Part shown: piece by piece, positions 57,064 to 64,000 of the stretch
How the letters are laid out: every line of letters starts with the position of its first letter
Position numbering within the stretch: position 1 is the stretch's first letter
NCBI GenBank assembly: GCA_963789395.1
Contig: CAWBKP010000002.1
Coordinates: 1-64,000, forward strand
Reading direction: 5' to 3'
Length of the DNA stretch: 64,000 nt
Source: an uncultured delta proteobacterium
GTDB taxonomy: Bacteria; Desulfobacterota; Desulfobacteria; Desulfobacterales; Desulfatirhabdiaceae
Notes under the pieces: generated by a model
Databases searched by the model: none
Seen by the model: the letters and a program-made list of their open reading frames with translations, nothing else
Told to the model about the DNA's origin: nothing
Position numbers and translations under genes: made by a program

Positions 57064-57507
57064 ATGAAATTAAAGCAAATATCCATTTCCATCGAAAATT
57101 CTCCGGGCAGGCTTTATGAAATCACCCGCGCCCTCGGAGAGGCGGGTATCAATCTTCGGGCGTTGAATCTGGTGGACAGCGGCGATTTTGGCATGCTGCG
57201 GCTTCTGGTGTCCGATCTGGCGAAAACCCGCAGGGTAATGATGGAAAATCACATGCCGGCCCGGGTGGACGATGTGGTGGCCGTTGAGATCGAGGACAAA
57301 CCTGGAAGACTTTCGGCGCTTCTGAAACTGCTCATGGAAGCCAAGATAAACGTCATGTACATGTATGCATTTATTGGCATGTCCTCAAACAACGCGGTCA
57401 TGATATTCCGCTTCAGCGACAATGACAGGGCCATCGAGATCCTATTGGCCGGCGGGAGCAAGCTGCTGGATGCCAAAGCCTTCGGCATCCTGGAAACCGA
57501 AAGCTGA
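57064..57507 (+). CDS. Tandem ACT-domain (amino-acid-binding) protein
   Basis: QISISIENSPGRL, GINLRAL, DFGMLRLLV, EDKPGRL, INVMYMYAF. Confidence 0.9.
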   Translation: MKLKQISISIENSPGRLYEITRALGEAGINLRALNLVDSGDFGMLRLLVSDLAKTRRVMMENHMPARVDDVVAVEIEDKPGRLSALLKLLMEAKINVMYMYAFIGMSSNNAVMIFRFSDNDRAIEILLAGGSKLLDAKAFGILETES

Positions 57508-57536
57508 TGCTTTGATATCAAGGGGAGGAATTTTCT

Positions 57537-58484
57537 ATGAGTGAGAAACCGGCGTTTTGTCCGCGATCTTTTGCGGTCATCGGGGCAGGTCCTGTAGGAT
57601 GTATCGTGGCGGCCTTTCTTGCCAGAGGCGGATATGAGGTGACCTTGTGCGACGTCATTCCCGCATTGATTGAACCCGCAATGAATCCCGGAATTCTGAT
57701 CGAGGGCGCGGAAAACCTTCAGCAGTCCGTTACCCGTGTTTGCACGCAGATCGATGAGCTGGCCGATCATCTGCCGGACGTTATCTTCGTTACGGTCAAG
57801 GCCAATGTGCTTCCCCTGATCTCTTCGGCCATCGAGGGCTTTTACCGGGAAGGCATGTATGTCATCAGCTGGCAGAACGGAATTGACACGGAACTCGAGA
57901 TTGCCAAGGTCCTGGGCCGCAAACCGGTGATGCGGGCTGTTGTCAATTACGGGTGCGGGCTGGTCAAGCCGGGTCATGTGAGAATGCCCTTTCACCATCC
58001 GCCGCATTACCTGCAGGAGATGGACGCAGACTCCAAACCGGCGGCAGTTGCCATTGCCGAAGCCCTGAGCAAAAGCGGGCTGACGACGTCGCATACCGAC
58101 AGCATCATCTCGATGGTCTGGCGCAAAGGAATCCTGAATGCCTGCATGAACCCGGTCTGTGCGGTGACTGGTCTGACCATGGCTCAGGCCATGGGAGACC
58201 CCATCGTGTTTCAGATTGTGGATGCCCTGATCAAGGAATGCGTCAAGGTGGCAAGAGCCAATGAAGTCAACCTGGGTTGGGATTTTTATCCCGGTGCCGT
58301 CGATTACATGCGAAAGGCGGGCGATCACAAGCCATCGATGCTGATGGACATCGAAAACAAACGCCGGACCGAGATTGATTACATCAACGGGAAATTCATT
58401 GAATATGGCGCCCAGGCAGGCATTGAAACGCCTTATAACATCATGATCCGCTCGCTGGTCAAGGCCATCGAGTCCAAAAAGTAA
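57537..58484 (+). CDS. Ketopantoate reductase (PanE/ApbA) family 2-oxoacid reductase
   Basis: GAGPVG, VTVK, QNG, WRK..LNA..NP, SMLMD....RRTEIDYING. Confidence 0.9.
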   Translation: MSEKPAFCPRSFAVIGAGPVGCIVAAFLARGGYEVTLCDVIPALIEPAMNPGILIEGAENLQQSVTRVCTQIDELADHLPDVIFVTVKANVLPLISSAIEGFYREGMYVISWQNGIDTELEIAKVLGRKPVMRAVVNYGCGLVKPGHVRMPFHHPPHYLQEMDADSKPAAVAIAEALSKSGLTTSHTDSIISMVWRKGILNACMNPVCAVTGLTMAQAMGDPIVFQIVDALIKECVKVARANEVNLGWDFYPGAVDYMRKAGDHKPSMLMDIENKRRTEIDYINGKFIEYGAQAGIETPYNIMIRSLVKAIESKK

Positions 58485-58607
58485 TTATGCGTGAAGGCGT
58501 AAGAGGGAGGGCGTAAGAGCGGAGAACCATTTCACGCTCTCACGATTTCACGATGTATTTCACGGCAATAATGAAATTATGACTACTGAAAAGACGGATT
58601 CGACCCC

Positions 58608-59396
58608 ATGACGGATTTCCAACCAGTATTTGCCGGAATTGATGTCGGCGCTTCCCGAACAAAGGCAGTCATCATCGATCGCTTGCAGCAAATTATCGGC
58701 AGGGCCGTGGTCAAATCCGGTACGGATTTTGTGGCTGCTTCCCACCAATGCCTGACGCTGGCGCTGAATATGGCCGGTTGCACGGTCGAACAGATTGCAA
58801 AAGCGATGACAACCGGTTACGGCAGAAAAAATGTGGCCATTTCCCAGGATTCCAAAACAGAGATCAGCTGCCATGCCAGGGGATGCTATTACTATTTCCC
58901 ACAGCCCATCACGATCATCGATATTGGCGGCCAGGACAATAAGATCATCAAGCTGGATGCATCCGGAAAACGCCTCAGCTTTAAAATGAATCGAAAATGC
59001 GCGGCCGGAACCGGGGCTTTCCTTGAGGAGATGTCCGTTCGTCTGGATATTCCTCTGGAAAACCTGGACGGCCTTGCCCGGCAGTCCCAGGCCATGGTTG
59101 AACTGGGCAGTTTCTGCACGGTTTTTTCGGCAACAGAGGTGCTTGAAAAGATCCGTCAGGGGAAAATGGTTCCGGACATCGTCAAAGGTCTGTTTTTTTC
59201 GGTCATCAAGCGGGTCATGGAGATGGACTCTTTGTCAGAGCATGTGGTGATGACAGGAGGGGTCGTGGCGCACAATGCCTATCTGGTTCAGATGACGGCG
59301 GAAATGATCGGCAGGCCCATCCTGGTCCCGGAATTTCCGCAGCTTACCGGTGCGTTGGGAGCTGCCTTGTACGCAATGGAGAACGATGCGGGATGA
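58608..59396 (+). CDS. 2-hydroxyacyl-CoA dehydratase activator (HgdC/BadF-BadG-BcrA-BcrD ATPase family)
   Basis: GIDVGAS.TK, TGYGR, IDIGGQDNK, MNRKCAAGTG, SFCTVF, TGGVV. Confidence 0.93.
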   Translation: MTDFQPVFAGIDVGASRTKAVIIDRLQQIIGRAVVKSGTDFVAASHQCLTLALNMAGCTVEQIAKAMTTGYGRKNVAISQDSKTEISCHARGCYYYFPQPITIIDIGGQDNKIIKLDASGKRLSFKMNRKCAAGTGAFLEEMSVRLDIPLENLDGLARQSQAMVELGSFCTVFSATEVLEKIRQGKMVPDIVKGLFFSVIKRVMEMDSLSEHVVMTGGVVAHNAYLVQMTAEMIGRPILVPEFPQLTGALGAALYAMENDAG

Positions 59397-59462
59397 CTTT
59401 GACATTACCGCAATATTCCGGCCGCGGCCGGAAATATTGGTTAACTTCGAAAGGTGACAGAC

Positions 59463-60707
59463 ATGGCTGAAGAAAAAAAAGTGGTTCGAAAGAAAATTGA
59501 AGCAACCGTTCAGATGAATCGCTATATGTCGGAATATTTTTACGAGCTGAACGATGCGGATAAGACCCGCAGCCGGAAAATTGCCTGGTGTACCAGCGTG
59601 GGGCCTGCTGAGATCTTAAGGGCCATGGGGTTTCTTGTGCATTTCCCGGAGAATCACGGGGCCATGCTGGGCGCCACCCGCATGTCCACCGACATGATCC
59701 CGGTTGCCAATGCCAGCGGGTATTCGCCGGAGATCTGCTCTTATTTGACGGCCGATGTCGGGGCCTATATGAAAGGTGTCACCCCGCTGTCACGGGCCTA
59801 TCCGGGAATCGACAGGGTTCCCAGGCCCGATGTGCTGGTCTATAACACCAACCAATGCCGGGATGTTCAGGACTGGTTTGCCTGGTATGCCGCAGAATTC
59901 AAGGTGCCGCTCCTGGGAATCCACACGCACCGGGGCGTCAAGGATGTCGGCGATGATCATGTTGCCTCGATCGCCAGCCAGATGAAAGCCCTGATTCCCC
60001 AGCTTGAAGCCATTTCCGGAAACAAATTTGACATGGACAAGCTCCGTCATGTCCTGGCGCTTTCCAAGGAGTGTTCCGGTTTATGGAAAAAAGTCCTGGA
60101 TACGGCTTCGGCCAAGCCCTCGCCCATCACTTTTTTTGACGGCACCATTCACATGGGGCCGGCTGTCGTGCTTCGGGGTACCCAGACAGCAGTCGACTAT
60201 TACAAGCTGCTGCTGGCGGAGCTGGAAGACCGAATCCGGAACAAGGTGGCAGCGGTTGAAGGCGAACGGTTCCGGCTGTACTGGGACGGCATGCCCATGT
60301 GGGGAAGGCTTCGGGATCATTCCGATCTGTTTGCCAGAGCCGGCGTGAATGTTCTGGCCTCAACCTACTGCAACAGCTGGATATTTTCTGCTTTTAATCC
60401 GGAAGACCCCTTTAACAGCATGGCCAGGGCCTATACCGAACTGTTCATTGTCCGGGCCGATGATGCCAAGGAAGAGTATATCAAGCGCATGCTTGAATTT
60501 TTCAAGGTGGACGGCATCATCTACCACGACGCCAAGACCTGTCCCAACAACTCCAACTGCCGGTATGGCATGCCCCAGCGGCTGGAAGCCCTGACCGGTA
60601 TTCCCAGCCTGACAATCAACGGGGACTTGAATGATCTGCGGCTGGTTTCCGATGAACAGACCAAAACCAATGTCGAGGCCTTTATCGAACAACTCGAGGA
60701 GAAATGA
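59463..60707 (+). CDS. 2-hydroxyacyl-CoA dehydratase family subunit (HgdA/B, BcrB-like)
   Basis: FPENHGA, ICSY, TNQCRD..DW, VDGIIYH...C, GIPSL.INGD. Confidence 0.88.
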   Translation: MAEEKKVVRKKIEATVQMNRYMSEYFYELNDADKTRSRKIAWCTSVGPAEILRAMGFLVHFPENHGAMLGATRMSTDMIPVANASGYSPEICSYLTADVGAYMKGVTPLSRAYPGIDRVPRPDVLVYNTNQCRDVQDWFAWYAAEFKVPLLGIHTHRGVKDVGDDHVASIASQMKALIPQLEAISGNKFDMDKLRHVLALSKECSGLWKKVLDTASAKPSPITFFDGTIHMGPAVVLRGTQTAVDYYKLLLAELEDRIRNKVAAVEGERFRLYWDGMPMWGRLRDHSDLFARAGVNVLASTYCNSWIFSAFNPEDPFNSMARAYTELFIVRADDAKEEYIKRMLEFFKVDGIIYHDAKTCPNNSNCRYGMPQRLEALTGIPSLTINGDLNDLRLVSDEQTKTNVEAFIEQLEEK

Positions 60708-60710
60708 GTC

Positions 60711-62789
60711 ATGCTGGAAGCCTTATTCAGACCCAAATCGGTTGCCGTGATCGGCGCCTCCGCCAAAGAACTGTCGATTGGAAACCGGATCATCAAAAAC
60801 CTGATCGATTTCGGATACACCGGGGCCATTTACCCCATCAATCCCAAAGCCGATGAAATCCGGGGCGTCAAGGCCTATCCATCCATATTCGACGTTCCCG
60901 GCGAAATCGATCTGGCCCATATGGTCATTGCCGGAAAATTTGTTCCCGATGCCGTGGAGGACTGCGGCAAAAAAGGGATCAAGGCCATCATCATCAATTC
61001 CGCCGGATTTACGGAAATCGGTCCGGAAGGCGCGGCCCTCCAGAAGGATTTTCTGGAGCGGGCCAGGAAATACGGCATTCGCATTCTGGGGCCCAATTGC
61101 CAGGGCATCATCAATACGGACCCGGCGTTGAAGGCATACTGCAATTTTACCTTTACAAAGCCAGAGCCTGGGTTCATCTCCATTGTTGCGCAGAGCGGGG
61201 GTGTCGGCGAGCTGATTCACCAGGGATTTTCGCAGATGGGCATCGGCACGCGGATTTATGCCTCCAACGGCAATGCCAGCGATGTGTCCATTACGGAAAT
61301 CCTGGAATACATGGGAGATGACGAGGGGACACGGGTCATCGTCCTGTATGTGGAGAGCCTGTCCGATCCCAAAGCCTTCATGGAAGTGGCGAAAAAAGTC
61401 AGCGCCCAAAAAACTATACTGGCCATGAAGGCGGGCAGAACCGCCGAAGGTGCCAAGGCATCCTCGTCGCATACTGGCGGGCTGGCCAAAACGGACATCG
61501 CGATCGAGCTGATTTTCGAAAAACTGGGCATTCTGACGTTCCGGGATGAGGGCGAGCTGTGCCAAGCGGCTGCAGCGTTTGCCGCACAGTCCGTTCCCGC
61601 GGGAAACCGGGTGGGGATCATCACCAATACGGGCGGACCTGCGGTGATTGCAACCGATGTCCTGGTGGATGCGGGAATGCAGATTCCCACGCTTTCTGAA
61701 AAATCCATAACGGAGCTCAAAGAAAAGCTTTTTGCCGAGGCTGCCTTCAGTAATCCGGTGGATGTACTGGCGACGGCCGATGCCGGTCATTTCCGGGCTG
61801 CGATGGACGTCATGATGGCCGAAGAGCAGATCGACAGCCTCTATATCAATTTCGTCACCCCGTTTTTTGTGGATACGGAAAAGGTTGCCCTTCAGATTGC
61901 CGAGGTGAACAAACAGCGGAAAAAGCCTATTGTCTGCAATCTTATGACCGATCCCCGGCAGTGGGTGGGAACGGTGGATATCCTTAAATCAGGCGGTGTT
62001 CCCTGCTACAGCTTTCCCGGTACGGCGGCGCGGGCGCTGGCCGCGTTGAGCCGCTATGGCGCGCTGAGATCGCGAAATATCGGCGAAGCAAAACGCTTCT
62101 CGGACGTGGATTCCTCACGTGTGGCGGGAATTCTGAAAAATGCCGCTGATGCGGGTTGCGACATGTTGCCGGCCGGCGAGGTGTATTCGATATTGGAAGC
62201 GTACCGGATTCCCTGCGCGGCATGGAAAATAGCAGATACGGTCGCCGATGCCGAGGCAGCGGCGGATGCCATCGGCTATCCGGTCGTGATCAAGGCCGAT
62301 GCCCCATCAGTCATTCATAAAAGCGATGTCGGCGGGGTTGCCGTCAATCTCAAGACCCGGGAAGCGTTACGGGAGGCGGTATCAAGCATGTCAGCCAAAA
62401 TCGGTGCATCCGATCTGAAGTTTCTGGTCCAGAAGTTTCAGCCGGGCGGCAAAGAAGTGATTGTCGGTGCCAAGGCTGAAAAAGGGTTGGGGCACCTGAT
62501 CATGTTCGGATTGGGCGGGATCTATGTTGAAATCCTGAAGGATGTCGCATTCAAAATTACACCGGTCACAGAGGTCGAGGCAGGCGAGATGATCTCGTCC
62601 CTTAAAGCCGCCGCGCTGCTGACCGGCGTCCGGGGAGAGGCCGCCATCGATCGGCCGGCCGTCATCGAGATGATCCAGCGCCTGTCGCAACTGGTCACCG
62701 ATTTTCCCGCAATCCGGGAAATGGACCTGAACCCGGTCATGGCCTTTTCGGATCGGATCCTTGCGGTTGACGCCAGAATTGCCCTGTAA
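60711..62789 (+). CDS. ADP-forming acyl-CoA synthetase (acetate--CoA ligase family, fused alpha-beta)
   Basis: PKSVAVIGAS, GPNCQG, AQSGG, SSHTG phospho-His, HKSDVGGV, EMDLNP; no GNAT domain. Confidence 0.92.
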   Translation: MLEALFRPKSVAVIGASAKELSIGNRIIKNLIDFGYTGAIYPINPKADEIRGVKAYPSIFDVPGEIDLAHMVIAGKFVPDAVEDCGKKGIKAIIINSAGFTEIGPEGAALQKDFLERARKYGIRILGPNCQGIINTDPALKAYCNFTFTKPEPGFISIVAQSGGVGELIHQGFSQMGIGTRIYASNGNASDVSITEILEYMGDDEGTRVIVLYVESLSDPKAFMEVAKKVSAQKTILAMKAGRTAEGAKASSSHTGGLAKTDIAIELIFEKLGILTFRDEGELCQAAAAFAAQSVPAGNRVGIITNTGGPAVIATDVLVDAGMQIPTLSEKSITELKEKLFAEAAFSNPVDVLATADAGHFRAAMDVMMAEEQIDSLYINFVTPFFVDTEKVALQIAEVNKQRKKPIVCNLMTDPRQWVGTVDILKSGGVPCYSFPGTAARALAALSRYGALRSRNIGEAKRFSDVDSSRVAGILKNAADAGCDMLPAGEVYSILEAYRIPCAAWKIADTVADAEAAADAIGYPVVIKADAPSVIHKSDVGGVAVNLKTREALREAVSSMSAKIGASDLKFLVQKFQPGGKEVIVGAKAEKGLGHLIMFGLGGIYVEILKDVAFKITPVTEVEAGEMISSLKAAALLTGVRGEAAIDRPAVIEMIQRLSQLVTDFPAIREMDLNPVMAFSDRILAVDARIAL

Positions 62790-62812
62790 TCCGTTCATCT
62801 GAAAACGGTTCT

Positions 62813-62856
62813 TCCCTGGCAATGGGGCGGCCCAACGGCCGTCCCATTGCCAGGGA
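62813..62856. terminator. Strong GC hairpin after the acyl-CoA ligase
   Basis: TCCCTGGCAATGGGGCGGCC-CAAC-GGCCGTCCCATTGCCAGGGA 20-bp stem; lacks a U-tract. Confidence 0.5.
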
Positions 62857-63054
62857 TGTAACAACCACACAACCGGTTGGTTGCCGCCGAAAAAATCTCG
62901 CCTTGGCCCGCAGCTTTTCTTTTATTCAATTTTATCTGGCGTATATTTCTGCCCGCTGAAAGGTGCGTGTATCCTTTCCAATTTGTGCTGTTCAAAGTGA
63001 CCGCTCGACTGCCTGTAACAATCAACCCATTGATAAAGGCGGCGGTACAAAAAG

Positions 63055-63297
63055 ATGGAAAAGAATTGGCTTAAAAATTGGCCTTCGGATGTGCCCATGG
63101 AAATAGCGTATCTTCCAGGGCAGCAAGCCTTTGTTCGAATATTTACGTGTTCATGCCGGAACCTGGCCCGATAAGACCGCCATCAATTATTGCGGACTCA
63201 AAGTCTCCTATGCTGAACTCGATTGACTGACAGACAATTTTGCCACTTATTTGTCACGCGAGGGGGTCCGGAAAGGCGACCGGGTGGCAATGATGGG
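63055..63297 (+). pseudogene. N-terminal remnant of a long-chain acyl-CoA ligase (FadD-like)
   Basis: MEKNWLKNWPSDVPMEIAYL / QGSKPLFEYLRVHAGTWPDKTAINYCGLKVSYAELD*LTDNFATYLSREGVRKGDRVAMM; one frameshift, TGA at 63224, truncated. Confidence 0.8.
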
Positions 63298-63403
63298 AAG
63301 TATCAAAAATCAAGGACATTGAATTTGCCGGGCCATGGCAAAAGTGACGGCAAGGGAAGGTCCCGGAATGAGAGCGAATTGACACATTATATAGGGATTC
63401 AGC

Positions 63404-63973
63404 ATGAACGAGAAAAAATTTGATCCGAAAAAACTGGATAAACTCAATAATCCTCAGAGACTATTGGATATCCCCGTAGAATACATTTGGAATAAAATCC
63501 ATCTGATTGATCCGGTTGTATTGGTTGATATCGGCGCCGGGACGGGTTTTTTCAGTGTTCCTTTTCTCAAATATGTAAAGAACGGCAAAATTTTCGCCTG
63601 CGACACATCCGATATTATGATCCAATGGATGAAAAATAATATTTGTCCCCAATATCCCAACATTGTCCCGCTGAAAATGGAAGAAAGTGCCGTTCCTCTC
63701 GAAGATGGAATTGCAGACCTGGTATATATGATAAATTTGCACCATGAGCTGGATCAGCCGCAGACGATACTCGAAGAATCGTTTAGAATCTTAAAAAAGA
63801 ACGGCGCCATATTTATTGTTGATTGGAAAAAAGAAGATATGCCCGAGGGGCCTCCCCTGAATATCCGATACTTGCCTGAACAGGTTGAGGACCAATTGGT
63901 GAGCGCTAACTTTAAAAAAGTTAATATTTTTAATGAGATACCAAAACACTTTTTAGTCGTCGCCGAAAAGTGA
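63404..63973 (+). CDS. Class I SAM-dependent methyltransferase
   Basis: VDIGAGTGFF motif I, LHHEL, IVDWK, GPP. Confidence 0.9.
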   Translation: MNEKKFDPKKLDKLNNPQRLLDIPVEYIWNKIHLIDPVVLVDIGAGTGFFSVPFLKYVKNGKIFACDTSDIMIQWMKNNICPQYPNIVPLKMEESAVPLEDGIADLVYMINLHHELDQPQTILEESFRILKKNGAIFIVDWKKEDMPEGPPLNIRYLPEQVEDQLVSANFKKVNIFNEIPKHFLVVAEK

Positions 63974-64000
63974 ATACAGCCTGACACCAAACGGCCGACC

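Overview
Chromosomal window from an anaerobic Desulfobacterota-like bacterium (taxon inferred from gene content and protein style). It has three zones. (1) 1-17.5 kb is accessory: an aldehyde dehydrogenase, a MocA-like nucleotidyltransferase with yqeB/yqeC (selenium-dependent Mo-hydroxylase accessory genes), an IS110 element, and a sigma54-type operon. That operon holds a decayed ~decaheme cytochrome c, a Tat-exported [NiFe]-hydrogenase whose small subunit carries an Ig-like domain shared with the cytochrome, a maturation protease and tatA. Then come pncB, ywbE and an NdvB-like GH17-GT2 glucan synthase. (2) 17.6-48.6 kb is the core tRNA/tuf/secE/nusG/rpl/rpoBC/str/S10/spc/alpha cluster. Its RpoC carries an exact 100-aa parvulin (PpiC rotamase)-like insertion, and fusA is absent from the str operon. 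(3) 48.9-64 kb is organic-acid metabolism: a CoA-transferase, an MFS transporter, a TRAP transporter with duplicated dctM, an ACT/PanE-like/2-hydroxyacyl-CoA dehydratase/ADP-forming acyl-CoA ligase operon, a FadD remnant and a methyltransferase. Many single-base frameshifts, one in the essential rplJ, suggest sequencing or assembly indel errors, so frameshift-only pseudogene calls are uncertain. No database searches were run; family calls come from recognised motifs.
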